Assembly: GCF_006345805.1 (NCBI RefSeq)
Contig: NC_043000.1
Span: 25,110,001-25,174,000, forward strand
Length of the DNA: 64,000 nucleotides
Source: Octopus sinensis
Taxonomy: Eukaryota
Reading direction: 5' to 3'
The notes under the pieces were generated by a model. It worked only from the letters and a program-made list of their open reading frames with translations, was not told where the DNA came from and did no database searches. Positions within the stretch are counted from its first letter, which is position 1. Each line of letters starts with the position of its first letter. This document shows, piece by piece, positions 36,681-50,060 of the stretch. The position numbers and the translations under genes were made by a program.

Positions 36681-37264
36681 ACGACCAAAGATGTGTTACC
36701 CGAGTCTTGCAGAAAATTTTCTGCCTCTTTTCCATCTAAAGGTGGTTTTAACCCAATAATTATTATAAAATATTATTTGTGGCTAAATTCGCTTCGAAGG
36801 CACATGGCTAATAAATACTTAGCTACAATACATTTTGAATCAATGATGATACCTTAGCGGGCGTGATTTCGTTTGACCATATCCCTGGAAGACGCTAAAG
36901 CAGGCCGCAACATAGTTTTGCATTTACGGTTCGCTAATTGGTAGAAACCTCGTTATTTTAAGTTGTAAACATAAAAAACTATATGGCCGCTCGCTTTTGC
37001 GTCTGTCAGGGTTACAGACAAACGAAATCGCACTCGCAAGAGCGTATTCACGGGTTTAAAAAGCCTAAAGCAAGAAGAAAACACTTGTGCTCCAAAGTTT
37101 CAGAGATATACTTGAATGGCAAATATGCAATTTTCGATTTCTGGATCAATTTCCAACAGCTAGAGAAAATATGGGTCTAAAGTATGAAAGAATATACAGT
37201 TCTAGAAAAGTATCACCGTTATATAGGATACATTTCATCATGGTCACCAAGATCCCTTAACTGA

Positions 37265-37498
37265 TGCAGCCAGTCATTGGGGTACCATTCTCGGCACTTT
37301 CATAGACTGTTCTCGTCATGCGTAGCAGGTTCGCTGTGTTGTGGCCTGTTCAGTCTTTGGTGTTGTCAAACCAGTATTCTTTCTGTCGTCCTCTCTTTCG
37401 CCCTCCTTCAACTGTGCTCTGAAGAATGGTTTTGAACAGGGAGTTCTGGCAGGATACATGACTGCATCACCAAGCTTTCGTCTTTTTACCTGTGCAGC
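37265..37498 (-). pseudogene. RTE (BovB-like) LINE 3' fragment
   Basis: Reverse translation VKRRKL...NSLFKTILQSTVEGGRKRGRQKEYWFDNTKD matches the RTE motif KTILQGTxEGGRRRGRQRKxW. Confidence 0.8.
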
Positions 37499-38282
37499 AT
37501 ATATTTCGTGATGCAGTATTTGCTGGTTCGGAAAAGGACTCTTTTTTTTAATGCAACCCAGCCTTTATGTTCAGAAACAAAGGTTTTGCAGTTAGTGTGA
37601 CAGTTTTAATTATATATCATCTTTATTGATTGTTTAAGATATTGTGAAATATCCGTGCTTTGGCGTTTTTGAATCGGATAACCCTTCTTTTCTTTCGTTT
37701 CCTTTCGCCATGAATTTTCGAGAATTTAAACATCCTCTTTATTCCAAGAACACTACAGTTTTGGTTGGTACCCTTGTTATCGAATTCTCAATTTAAGGTC
37801 GTAATTATCTGGAAGAAGTTGGAAGGGTTTAAGCTAGTGCAAGTGGTTATGAAAGCAATTGCTTATGATTGTGTAAGCTATAGGGCTTGAGAGCGATTGA
37901 CTGAAGGTTTACAGAGTTAGGAAGAATAATTTTCTTGGACTTCAAAACACTGTTTTCCATGTTTCCATATCTCGTATGGAATATCCATAAAGATTAAAGA
38001 ATTTCATGAAAGCGTACAATACTTCAAAGCATAGGGAAAAGACATTTTGCAATCATTCGACCTTCAACAAATAGCAGCTAAATTTCTCTTAATTCACGTT
38101 CTGTCATTTTAGCCCCTTGCCTGTTCAAATCATTTTCATAATTTTGTCCTTAGCGTTCATGCCTGTTTTCAGAGTTTTAGTTAGTCCTTGGCCTTGTTTA
38201 GTACGTTCTGAATAATAGGAAGCTTTCCTTTCATAATTCCCAAGTTACTCGGGTGGTTGAAAAAAAATGGGAATGTGTGTTA

Positions 38283-39102
38283 TACGGGGTCTGATTAATA
38301 AAAATCAGGACTGTTGGCATAGTAACGAAGGTAAAGCACGCAGAGTGAAGCTGCTTGTCACAGATTGACCTTGAACTCTACTATGCATTCGCATTAAGTT
38401 TTAACGTTCTAGCTCACTTTCGCTGTTCACAACAGAGCTTGGAAATAACGTGTGCAGCGTGTGATCGTCGCATTGACCATGACAGAAATTCGAGCAGAGA
38501 TTCTGCATCAAATTTTGTCAAAAGCTTGGCGATACCTGCCCAGAGGCCTACGCAAAGTTTTCAAAACGTTTTCATCGTTCTCGACACAATCATGGAGATT
38601 TTGTGCAACTGAAACCCGAGTGTCTTCTTGGTCAGCTGAAAGCAGTTTTGACGCAAACTTGGCAGACACGCGTCTCATACCCAAATCTTCAGTGATAATG
38701 GACTGAGCTGCACATCCTCTGATAACATACGGATGGTGATTCGACGATTTCCTCTCACAGTTGCACGCACACTTGCGATGTTTTTCTCAGTTTTTCTGGT
38801 TGCAGGTCTCCCAGAACGTTCGTCACTTTCGATTTTTTCAGTCATCTTAGAAACATCTGAACCACTCGTCCACATGTGTGCGGCTCAAACACTCAAACAC
38901 TCCCCTCCATACACTTTCTGCAACCTTGCGTAGGCCTCTGAGCAGGCATCATCATGACAACTTTCTCTGTTATGGTCAATACGACGATCACACGTTATAC
39001 ACACGTTACTTCAAAGCACTGTTGATAACAGCGGAAGTGAGCTAGAATGTTAAAAATTAGTGCACGTGCACAACAGAGGTCAAGGTCAATCCGTACCAAG
39101 CA
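38283..39102. mobile_element. Two mariner 5' halves joined tail-to-tail
   Basis: Plus half gives MTE...EQRFCIKFCQKLGDT..EAYA (to ~38550). Minus half gives EAYARLQKVYG...IESDERSGRPAT...NRRITIRMLSED...LGMRRVSAKF. Confidence 0.85.
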
Positions 39103-39191
39103 GATGGATGGATGGATGGATGGATAGCCAGCCAAACAGACAGACAGACAGAAAGACAGACAGACAGACAGATAAAGTGATTAGATAGATG

Positions 39192-39245
<54 letters not shown>

Positions 39246-39246
39246 G

Positions 39247-39327
<81 letters not shown>

Positions 39328-39350
39328 TACAAACACATACACAACACATA

Positions 39351-40837
39351 CACTGAACCGAAAAAGAAACGCAATTTTTCCAAATGTCATTTTTATATGG
39401 TAAATTCTGAAAATTTATTTCGCGGATGTAAGTGTAAATATGCTGGTTTATGGGCGAGACCCAAATTGCAGGTAACCTGTCGACTTTCCCTGAAATGAGA
39501 TGCCAAAATGCAGCTGCATCGAGTGCTGTGGGTGGCAATTGTCATGAAAACAATTGTCATGAAAACTGATACACCAGATATGCACGTGCATCTCGTAGAG
39601 GTTATAGGTATTAAAATCAGCTTGAACGGCGTTCGTAACTTCTACAGATCAGGTGTGACCTGATTGTCAGCAGCGCAGAGAGAACAAGCTATCGGCTGAT
39701 TGCAAGCAGGGTAGTGTGCCCTGGTTGTTGCGAAAGCTTACAATGTCCATGTCAGCACCATCAATCGCCTGCAACATCGATACATCAACACCAACAGCAA
39801 TGCAGATTGTGGCCACTGAGGGCGCCTCCGAGTGACCATGCCCAGGCAGGACCGCTTCATCCACCTGCAACACCTCCGTGATCGCTTCAGACCGGCCAGC
39901 GTGACAGCTCGAGAGACGATTGGCACTGGACAGCAACCCATGAGCGACGACAATCTGCGCCAACAACCTGCGTTGCCGTCGTCTTGCTCGACGGCCTGCC
40001 CTCACCGCCCACCACCGCCAGGCACGACTACAGTGGGTTACACAGCACCGATATTGGCGGCATCGACAATGGAGGTCAATAGTCTTCAGTGACGAGAGTC
40101 GGTACTGCGTTTCATCTCGGATGGCAGAGTTAGGGTGTGGCCATAGAGACGCATGTGTTATGGAGAGAGACGCGTGGGGTGGCCAAAAAAATCACAGTTT
40201 GGAGTGCTATAGGCCTGAATTAGAGGATCGGGCTCCACGTGTTCCAAAATGCTGGTGCAGGCAGAGGGAATGGTATCACGGCGTAGCGCTACGTTGACCA
40301 GATCCTTAGACCTCACATCGCGCCCTTCTTCGCGTGTCACCATAGCCACGTATTCCAGCAGGACAATGCTCCCTCCCACACGGCCAGGGTCCCCGATGGA
40401 CGTCCTGCGTCAGCACGATATCAGAACCATGCTGTGGCCTGCTCTCAGCCCGGATTTGAACCCAATTCAACACTTGTGGGATGAAATCCAGAGACGGCTG
40501 AACTAACTCGTGTGTAACTGGAGGCAGCTTTCCTCAGGGTGTGGGCACAGGTGCCAATGGCTTTTGTGAACCGCCTCATGCACTCCATGTACCGACGGTG
40601 TATGGCCGTTTTGAACATCCAGGGAGGGCATACACGGTATTGAACAAGTCACACCCTGCAATCTCGATGTGCTGGATTCACCCACTGCCGGAACACATGA
40701 CAACGACTCGTAGACTATGGTCAAAGTGTATCCATGAAATTGACTTTATCAGATTTATCTAAATTTATCTCCGACATAATGAAATTAAAACATATTTCAC
40801 AGTCACACACGTCTCGCGTTTCTTTGGCGGTTCTGTG
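39351..40837 (+). mobile_element. Full-length decayed Tc1 (DD34E-type) transposon
   Basis: TA|cactgaaccgaaaaagaaacgc...gcgtttctttggcggttctgtg|TA. Relics QDRFIHLQHLRDRF, VFSDESRYC (~40083), FQQDNAPSHTAR (~40350), WPALSPDLNPIQHLWDEI; several stops and frameshifts. Confidence 0.92.
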
Positions 40838-41647
40838 TACAAACGATGCTGACACAAAATGAAATAAATAAATATAAAATCTTACGAGTTCCGATTTGTT
40901 CTCCATTATAAACGGATATACTCTAATGAAAAGTATTGAGTAATTCTTCATTTTAATGTTGAATTGTTTTCATATGTAACTCTGCAAAAGAAAAGCAAAC
41001 ATGAATACACACACGCGTAAGTGTGTGCGTGCGTTCGTTTGTTCTAAATGCATTATCTATTCCCTCCTGCATCAACATTATTATTAAACAACTCGACGTG
41101 GTATTCGTCCAGTAATTTCGTTATGAAAACGAAAACGTGTTACAAACAGTCGAGTCAAAGAAACGAAAATCTTTTCCATTACTCTGGGGCTTTGTAAGTA
41201 TTTGTCCTTGAAAGATGATAGCTGGGACTTAACTTTATATACATCTGTCTGTCTATTGTTCCCCGACATGGATAAAACATGATATTTTCTTAGTTGCAGA
41301 TTTAACTTAATCTGTAATGCAATGACATTCAATAACATGCATTATTTTCTTTTTTATTATTATCTGTGTCAACAACACAGGCAATCTTTTGTGATGTCTT
41401 ATTACTAGTGTGTGACAGGTACCGAGTAAGTAATATGGCCGCATAGAAAAAGATAGATGATGATGATGATGATGATGATGGAGGGATAGATAAACAGAGA
41501 AAGACATAGATATAAAAGATATATATACATATATATGTAGAGAGAAAGAAGGAGAGAGAGAAAGCGAGAAAGAGAGGAAGAGGGAGAGAGAAAGAGAAAG
41601 TGAGGGAGCGGGAGAAAGAGAAAGAAGAAAGTGATAGTGAGAGAAAG

Positions 41648-41697
<50 letters not shown>

Positions 41698-41864
41698 GAC
41701 AGACAGACAGAGACAGAAACAGAGACAGACAGACAGAAGGAGAGAGAATAAGCATGTTAAAATTTGCTTGATCGCTGACATGTCACAGCGGAGTCAAGGA
41801 AGATGTTAAAACTTAGTATATACGAAGATTAAATTACTTTAGATTCATTTGTTATTGCGTAAAC

Positions 41865-41958
41865 CAGCGTTTTTCAAACTTTTTTTGTCGCGACCCATTA
41901 TATTTATTTTTCTCGCGACCCACTGAGAGGCCGAGACCCACAGTTTGAAAAAACGCTG
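41865..41958. mobile_element. 94-bp hAT-Charlie-type MITE
   Basis: TIR cagcgtttttcaaact/agtttgaaaaaacgctg; 8-bp flanks gcgtaaac/gtgtagac. Confidence 0.8.
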
Positions 41959-42049
41959 GTGTAGACAACTACGCACATATTTATTTGAAAAAAAATATTT
42001 CTCTTTTTACATATTCGTACTCATCGTTATTACTTTCAAATAAGAAAAA

Positions 42050-42290
42050 ATAGTTATTCCTCGACTATCGCGGATGCTACGTTCCAGCCCCCACGCCCCG
42101 CGATAAGTGAAAATCCGCGAAGTAGAAATAGTACTGTACTGTATATCTTTTATTATTATTTTTATAATTTGTGTATATTGATTTTATTATAAATGCAAAA
42201 CAACACCACGGAGGAATCGAGGTAAGCTTAAACAATAAACCGCAATTTGGTTAACCACGATATGGTGAGGAATTAACACTTCTTAGAAAA
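42050..42290 (+). mobile_element. pogo/Tigger-like MITE 5' fragment
   Basis: tagttattcctcgactatcgcgg...cgcgataagtgaaaatccgcgaagtaga resembles Tigger-type termini; no second TIR seen. Confidence 0.5.
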
Positions 42291-42367
42291 CCTATTTTGC
42301 GCAATATTTTCTTTTGCACCAAATTTGATTTAAATTATGCAGCTTTTATTTTTTTATCAACCATATA

Positions 42368-42880
42368 TAGGCGTAGGCGTGCCTATGTGGTAAGAATTTG
42401 GTTCCCAACCACATGGTTCCGGGTTCAGACCCACTGCGTGGTACATTGGGCAAGTGTCTTCAGTTCAGCTATAGCCTTCGGCCGACCAAAGCCTTGTGAG
42501 TGGATTTGGTAGATGGAAACTGAAAGAAGCCCGTTGTATATATATATATGTGTGTGTGTTTGTGTGTGTGTATGTGTGTGCGTGCGTGCGTGTGTGTGTG
42601 TATGTGTGTGCGTGTGTGTGTGAGTGTATGTGTCCCACTACCGCTTGAGAGCAGATGTTGGTGTGTTTACGTCCCTGTAGCCTAGCGGTTCGACAAAAGA
42701 AAGCAATAGAATAAGTACCAGGCTTATAAAAAGTACTGAGTCATTTGACAAAAAATTCTTCAAGGCAGTGCCCCAGCATGGCCGCAGTCTAATGACTGAA
42801 ACGCGTAAAAGATAAAATATAAAAGATAAGGGCGCAGGCGGGGCCGTGTGGCAAGAAGTTTGCTTTTCAACCACATGGTT
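42368..42880 (+). mobile_element. SINE-A followed by a second head fragment
   Basis: taggcgtaggcgtgcctatgtggtaag...aaagataag, then ggcgcaggcggggccgtgtggcaagaag. Confidence 0.85.
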
Positions 42881-43224
42881 AAATTTCAAACTGTTTAGAT
42901 AAAAAAAAAAAACAATTAAAAAATCTGTGATTGAGATGGAATAGATTCAGGAAGAATTATAGTTTTTAAATCTATGAAACGTTACCGATAACATTGCAAA
43001 GAAAGAAGAATCGTGTGAATGTAAACCCACTTTATTTTATTATTTGGTCCTTTTTGACCATTAATAAAGATTTGAGCGTAAAAAAATTTACAAATCCTTT
43101 TGATAAGCATGGTGGTGGGGCTGGAACTGGGGTAATTAGTATTTATTCCGTTTGAGAACTGCTGATTTAACAAGACATTAAGAGTTATCAAGTGTTAAAT
43201 GTGAAATTCAGTTTTCTAATAAGA

Positions 43225-43305
43225 CAGGCCGGGCCAGACCAGGCCAGACTAAACCAGACCAGACCAGACCAGAGCAGGTCAAACCAGACCAGACCAGACC
43301 AGACA
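43225..43305. repeat. (ACCAG)n pentanucleotide repeat
   Basis: Directly visible. Confidence 0.9.
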
Positions 43306-43369
43306 AAGTCAAGCCTCATGCTTATGTTAAATATAATACTTTATTTCATGTTATTTGACACTACAAATA

Positions 43370-43965
43370 AGGCGGCGAGCTGGCAGAATCGCTAGTACGA
43401 GGGGCAAAAATGCTTAGCGGCATTTAGTTCGTCTTTAGGTTTGGAGTTCAAATACTGTCTTTCATTCCTTTCAGAGTTGATAAAATACATACCAGTTGAG
43501 CCCTGGGGTCGTTGTAACAGACCCTTATCCACTCGTCGCCAAAATTTCAGGCCTTGTGTTTCTTTTTACTTGTTTCAGTCATTGGACTGCGGCTATGCTG
43601 GGGCACCACCTCGAAGGGTTTTAGGCGAACAAATTGACTCCCAGTCTGTATTTGTTTATTAAGCCTGCTCCTTATTCTATCGGAGCCTTTTGTCGAACCG
43701 CTAATTTACGTAGACGTAAACGCATCAACACCGGTTGTCAAGCGGTGGTGGGGGACAAACACAGACACAAAGAGGCACAAACACACACACACTCACACGA
43801 CAGGCTTCTTTTCAGTTTCCGTCCAGCAAATCCACTCAGAAAGTTTTGGTTGATTCGAGGCTATAATAAAAGACACTTGTCCAAGGTGCCACGGAGTGGT
43901 ACTGAACCCGAAACCATGTGGTTGGGAAGCAAGCTTCTTACCACACAGCCACGTCTGCGCCTATA
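43370..43965. mobile_element. SINE-D (plus, 43370-43560) abutting SINE-A (minus, 43560-43965)
   Basis: aaggcggcgagctggcagaatcg head; then tttcagtcattggactgcggctatgctgg...ttaccacacagccacgtctgcgcc. Confidence 0.85.
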
Positions 43966-44084
43966 TTATAAACGGTTTTGTTACTACATTTTCCGGTTAC
44001 TTTTGTTATTCACTAATATTTAGTAATGACTAATCAGTTAATTAATTAGTTAATTAGCCACATACCACAAATGTATCAAATGAT

Positions 44085-44470
44085 AATGTGTGTGAGTGTG
44101 TGTGGCTGTGTGGATGCTGTGTGTATGTGTATGTTATGTGTATGTGTGTATGTGTTGTGTGTGGTTATGTTGGTGTTTGGATATGTGTGTATTGTGTGTA
44201 TGTGTGTGTATATGAGTTTGTGTATGAGTTTGTGTGTGTATGCGTGTGTATATGAGTTTGTGTATGAGTTTGTGTATGTGTATGTTTGTGTGTGTATATG
44301 AGTTTGTGTATGTGTGTGTGTTTGTGTGTGTATATGAGTTTGTGTATGTGTGTGTGTTTGTGTGTGTATATGAGTTTGTGTATGTGTGTGTGTTTGTGTG
44401 TGTATATGAGTTTGTGTATGTCGTGTGTGTGTATTGTGTGTTTGTATGTGTGTTGTATGTGTTTGGTGGT
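44085..44470. repeat. GT-rich tract with a 36-bp higher-order unit
   Basis: tatatgagtttgtgtatgtgtgtgtgtttgtgtgtg recurs about four times. Confidence 0.9.
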
Positions 44471-44699
44471 GGTGGTGCTGGTGGACCCAAGTTGTCCTGA
44501 TTTAGTGGATCTCTGATGAAATGGATTCCATCCATGACCATCTCGCATATTTCATCAGATAATGTTTACATTCAAATTGCATAATCTAATAAGGTATCCT
44601 TTTTGCAAAAAAAGAAAAATGATAGATTGTGATATGTGGGAAATTTTCCTGAGAGAAATAGCAGCCAAATCTCCCTCAAATCATCTCCCAAGCAATTTG

Positions 44700-45023
44700 A
44701 ACGCCATTGAGACATTCTGTCTCCGACTCTCATCTACAATGGAGTGTTTTCTGTAAATTCATTGTCTCCATTCAGAGGAAGATACCATTACCAAATAACT
44801 GAGCACTGAAGGAGCACTGCATCCTTCAAAACTTCTATCTTTCCTGAGATTCGCCAACACTACACCTAATTTTCTCCCCTCCATGCACACGCAAGCATGT
44901 ATCTGACTCATACACTGTTCACTTCCCAGACATTTGTACATTACTGCATATGCTTTATGCGCACTTTTGACAAGTTGTGGTGCACCTGAGCACTGTATAC
45001 AATAATTTCATTATTATTATTAT
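44700..45023 (+). mobile_element. L2/CR1-like LINE 3' end with (TTA)n tail
   Basis: SFKTSIFPEIRQHYT* resembles an ORF2 C-terminus; followed by a UTR and ttattattattat. Confidence 0.5.
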
Positions 45024-45265
45024 AACGATGTGTGTAATATTGCTGGTAATGAAACCACCGAATTGATCAATTTCTCATCTGTAAAAAGCGTTCAAAAGTG
45101 AGGAGACACATCACTGCATCGTAACCCAAGCTGTATTGTGCTAAACCACGGGTCTCCAAAGTGGTCGATATTGACCGCTGGGGGTCGACGGGATTATTCA
45201 AGGTGATAAATTCACATCTACTTAATTATTATTATTACTACTTATTTAGAAGGCGGGAGGCTGGA

Positions 45266-45600
45266 TAGGCGTGGCTGTGTGGTAAGAAGCTTGCTTCTCA
45301 ACCGCATGGTTCCGGGTTCAGTCCTACTGCATGGCACCTTGGACAAATGTCTTCTACTATAGCCCCGGGCCAACTTAAGCCTTGTGAGTGGATTTGGTAG
45401 ACGGAAACTGAAAGAAGCCCGTCGTATTTATATATTAGCGGTATTTCGCCCGTCGCTACGTTCTAAGTTCAAATTCCGCCGAGGTCGACTTCGCCTTTCA
45501 TCCTTTAGGGGTCGATAAATTAAGTACTAGTTGAACACTGGGGTCGATGTAATCGACTCATCCCCACCTCCCCCAAGCTGTCCTTGTGGCAAAAATTTGA
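45266..45600 (+). mobile_element. SINE-A 5' half fused to a SINE-D body
   Basis: SINE-A to aagaagcccgtcgtat, then ttagcggtatttcgcccgtcgctacgttctaagttcaaattccgccgagg. Confidence 0.8.
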
Positions 45601-46640
45601 AATTATTATTATTATTTATTTATTTTCTTCTACACAATAGAATGTAGGAAGGTGTCCTTGCACTTTGTGTAATAGCGGACCCCAAGAACTTAGTTACTAT
45701 TTCTACCAGCCAAATCTCTCTCAAATTACACCGTACCACTTTTACAAAAAATAAATAAATAAATAAAATAAAAAAATAAAAAAGCTACTTTGGATAACGC
45801 AGTCCGAATGTTTGAAAGAAATATGAGAGATAGTCATGGATGGAGTGCATTTGATCATAGATCCACTGAATGCAAAATGCTGGTATACGGTTAAAATTGT
45901 CAGGACGGTTCCATTTTTATCCAATCAGTTTAACGGTAGATGGCATCATGAATGCGATGTTTAGTCTTTCGCCGATGTTGCAATAGCCAGAACTGAAGAG
46001 AGTTGTCACAAAAGGCTTTCCTTAGAAATGAAATTCTTGGAGCGAACCTCATCTCTTTACATGATTACATCAGATTATGAATGGGAGGGAATGATATTTT
46101 TAGAGCGATTCTTCTGAATTCAAGATATTAAAGTTGGTTTCCACCATTACCACCACCACCACCACCACCACTTTCGTTCATTTAAATAAAAGGTCTACAA
46201 TAACTATGTATACAAATTATGCAGAACTTGTGTTAAAGATGTGCATGATTGTAGCTATTGCATTCGCGTCTGTCTTAAATGCTTTTATTTCTTGCAATAT
46301 TTGTGAGAAAATAATGGGTTCTCCGAAGAAACGCAGCCAGTCGTGAAATAAATGGAGGATGTGGTAGAATGAAAGTCCAAAGCGTCGCCAAGTACGCTGA
46401 CCTTCTCGCTTCGATCGTACACTTTAGAATAGTTTTGCTGCTACTCATGAAGGACTTCAAGATAAACCATTCATAAGAATGCTAGCATCGATCATTCAGC
46501 AGATCGATCGAGGAATCCGACTTTACAGTCTAGATATTTTTCAGAAATCTTCGAAAAGAAGAATGAAGAAAAGAATTCATAATAAAACAGCTTAAAGTCG
46601 GTGCAGAAATTGTATATCGATAAAAGGAAAAAGAAATATT

Positions 46641-47358
46641 CTTTTCTACTCTATTCGGTAGAAATTGAACGTAAAGACGAAATACCGCTGAACATTTCGC
46701 CCGGCGTGCTAAAGTTTCTTATCTCTTTACTGCCCACAAGGGGCTATACACAGAGGGGACAAACAAGGACAGACAAACGGATCAAGTCGATTATATCGAC
46801 CCCAGTGCGTAACTGGTACTTATTTAATCGACGCCGAAAGCATGAAAGGCAAAGTCGACCTCGGCGGAATTTGAACTCAGAACGTAACAGCAGACAAATA
46901 CGGCTAGGCATTTCACCCGGCGTGCTAACGTTTCTTTTTTCTTTATTGCCCACAAGGAGCTAAACATAGAGGGGAAAAACAAGAACAGACAAGGACAAAG
47001 GGGTTAAGTCGATTACACCAACCCCAGTGCGTAACTGGTACTTAATTTATCGACCTCGAAAGGATGAAAGGCAAAGTCGACCTCGGCGGAATTTGAACTC
47101 AGAACGTAGAGACGGACGAAATACCTATTTCTTTACTACCCACAAGGGGCTAAACACAGAGAGGACAAACAAGGACAGACAAACGGATTAAGTCGATTAC
47201 ACCAACCCCAGTGCGTAACTGGTACTTATTTAATCGACCCCGAAAGGATGAAAGGCAAAGTCGACCTCGGCGGAATTTGAACTCAGAACGTAGCGGCAGA
47301 CGAAATACCGCTAAGCATTTCGCCCGGCGTGCTAACGTTTCTGCCAGCTCGCCGCCTT
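46641..47358 (-). mobile_element. SINE-D multimer (three bodies plus a remnant) with a putative TSD
   Basis: Three complete bodies; full head only at 47300-47358; flanks aaggaaaaagaaatatt and aaggg(a)ngaaatatt. Confidence 0.9.
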
Positions 47359-47393
47359 AAGGGAAAAAAAAAAAAAAAAAAAAAGAAATATTA

Positions 47394-47582
47394 CGATAGG
47401 TTGTGTAGCTAAGAAGCTCGCTTTGCAACGACGTGGTTTCAAGTTCAGTCCCACCGCGCGGAGCACTTTGGGCCAATGCTTTTCGTGTGTATTTGGTTGA
47501 CAGGAATTGTGCGGAAGCCTGTCATATATATATACACATATATACATATGGGTATATATATACATATACACATAAATGCATA

Positions 47583-47647
<65 letters not shown>

Positions 47648-47696
47648 CTACCAGCCAAATCTCTCTCAAATTATATATATATACACATAAATGAAT

Positions 47697-47731
<35 letters not shown>

Positions 47732-48170
47732 ATATATATATATGTATATATGTATGCATGTATGTATGAAACCACATGGTTTCATACATATATACATACA
47801 TACATACATACATACATACATGTATGTATGTATGTTTGTATGTATATGCATTTATGTGTATATATATACCCATATGTATATATATGTTTATATATACGCG
47901 TATATATTTACATATATATATATGAGTGTGTGTGTGTGTATGCTTGTGTCTGTGTTTGTCACCCATCCCCACAGCTTGACAACTGGTGTTGGTTTGTTTA
48001 CGACACCGCTAATTAATAGTTCGGCAAAAGAGACCGATAGAGTCTCTTTTAAGTAACAGACTTAAAAGAAAACATAAGCACTCGGGTCGATTTGTTCGAC
48101 TCAAGTCTTACAAGGGAGTGCTCCAGCATGGTCGCAACTTCAATGACTTAGATATGTAACAAAATAAATA
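47394..48170 (+). mobile_element. SINE-A with ~410-bp expanded central microsatellite
   Basis: Degenerate head at 47394-47525, microsatellite to ~47940, 3' half ending aaaataaataaataaat. Confidence 0.75.
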
Positions 48171-49039
48171 AATAAATAATTCACTAAGAATTCAACTCAA
48201 AGAATCTTCAAAATCACAACTATTGGATTATTTACGAGGCATTGCTCATAATTTATATTTTTAGAATGTTTCCTCTTTCCGCCATTTTAAGATAGTGTTG
48301 TATTTTTTACTGCAGTTTTTATGATTCTATTACAAACGCAACTTGATTTTTTTTTTCATGTATCTGTTGAGTAAATATATTTTATATTAATATTTATTTG
48401 CCTTTGAAATAAATTCATTTTTCTTTGTTAATGAAATGTGACGTATATATATTCTGCAAATAAAAACTTTAAACAAATGTCTAGCGATGTGTTTACTCTG
48501 CAGATAAAAAGCATGACGATGAACTTTAAATATACCAATGATGTTTTTCCCATGGCGACGTAATTACCTTGCAAGAAAATTACAGGTATGCGTTGATTGC
48601 GACGTGTTTTTTGATAGCACAGCAGAGGCGTAATGTCTGACAGGAATGACTTGCCAGTCTATTTTTCAATCAAAAGAACGTAGAGCAATTTTAAATAATA
48701 TATATCTTAAATAATATGTATTTTAGGCATAGCCTAAAATATTCACAGCATTAATCAGAAGGACTGGAATAAATTTAAATATAAGAAAGTTATTGCAGCA
48801 TGTGTAACATCTGGGTATTATTCGCCTCTATTCGTCAGTCTCCACTTAGTCTTTATTTGGTTGTATGTGTATTTAGGTGCAAGTGGGTATGACTGAGTAT
48901 GTATATACGTGTCATATGCGTGTAGGATGATAATGTGTATTTTAAAGGGAGAGAGAGTGTGGGAGTTGAGTCCGTATGGTGTGTATGTTGAAAATGTGAA
49001 AATGAGTTCTTATTCGCCAAACACAGAGCAATGTTCGCG

Positions 49040-49330
49040 ACGGATGTCTTTTACGAAAAGTGCTTGTAGAAAACTCTAAGAATTTTGAATCATAACCATA
49101 TCAAAAATGTAGAAATCTGAAGAAGAACTCTGTCGGGAAGACTTCAAGATATGGTAACAAAATGAAGAATGCGATTGATTGGTTAAGGTATGTAACAGCC
49201 AGATAATCAGAATACAAAAAAGCAGCTTGCGACGGGCAGCAAGAGGAGGAAAGAGAAAACAGCGAACCACGGGTCATATAGCGTTAAGAGGATCTGAAAG
49301 GTGTTAACAGACAGCTTCTGAGAAACCAGA
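49040..49330 (+). pseudogene. RTE-clade LINE 3' fragment
   Basis: Relics NVEI*RRT...DMVTK*RMR...GGKRKQ...KEDLKGVN fit the RTE ORF2 end. Confidence 0.55.
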
Positions 49331-49854
49331 ACATGCAACCTATCGGACACACTGAAGGAGAACTATCGCTCGAGGCGCAACTGTATGCGACATAGACTGG
49401 CTGATTAATAAAAACGGAAACCAATTGGTTTACAAAACGTTTTATGTTTCATTATACAAACATTTAAAATTGATTTTAAGCTCCCAAAGTGCCCTCCTAT
49501 CATGCCATGAGTTTTTCTGTCTTATCATTATGATCAGCACAATAATTCTTATTCTAATTAACAGCTCCTGTACCACCCTATACCCTCCTCATGGTATCTA
49601 ATTACAGGATATTGCTTTTATGGAAACACAACCGATACTGATGTGTTTGTGTGTGAGTAAATATAAATATAAATATATATACATACTCACTCACATACAC
49701 ACGCACGCACACACACACACACACACTCACACACACACATACACACACACACATACACAACCATATAAGGAAATAAAATGACAAGCGGCTAAGAAATGAT
49801 GTTATTTTAATTAGTTTTTATGTTCTGTACTCGACTGACGCTTTGTCCTGAAGC

Positions 49855-50060
49855 ATGTGACCGCGTGTGTATCGTTGGTGATTTTTTTCCCTCCGTCTTC
49901 CCTTCCTTGGATCTTTCCTTTTTCTATGTTTCTGACGAAGAGCTCTGCTCGAAACGTTAAATCCTCCTTCTTTCTTTCCTTTCCTGAGCGTCCAATAACA
50001 CTATATTTGTCCCACGTCCCCGCGTTGTTGTGTTTTCTCTTTGTGTTTTCATGTTTGGAT

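Noticed and set aside
44505-44545. ctgatgaaatggattccatccatgacc as a hammerhead
   Set aside because: A stem II is possible, but GAAA is absent (GACC) and there is no stem I partner.
45147-45205. hAT-Charlie-like left terminus (cacgggtctccaaagtggtcga)
   Set aside because: No matching right TIR or TSD found; too short to annotate as an element.
46200-46600. Possible transposase relic
   Set aside because: Coding-like composition, but I could not match a diagnostic motif in any frame.
48504-48585. Plus-strand exon candidate (ctctgcag...cag|gtatgc)
   Set aside because: Stop codons in all three frames and no other support.
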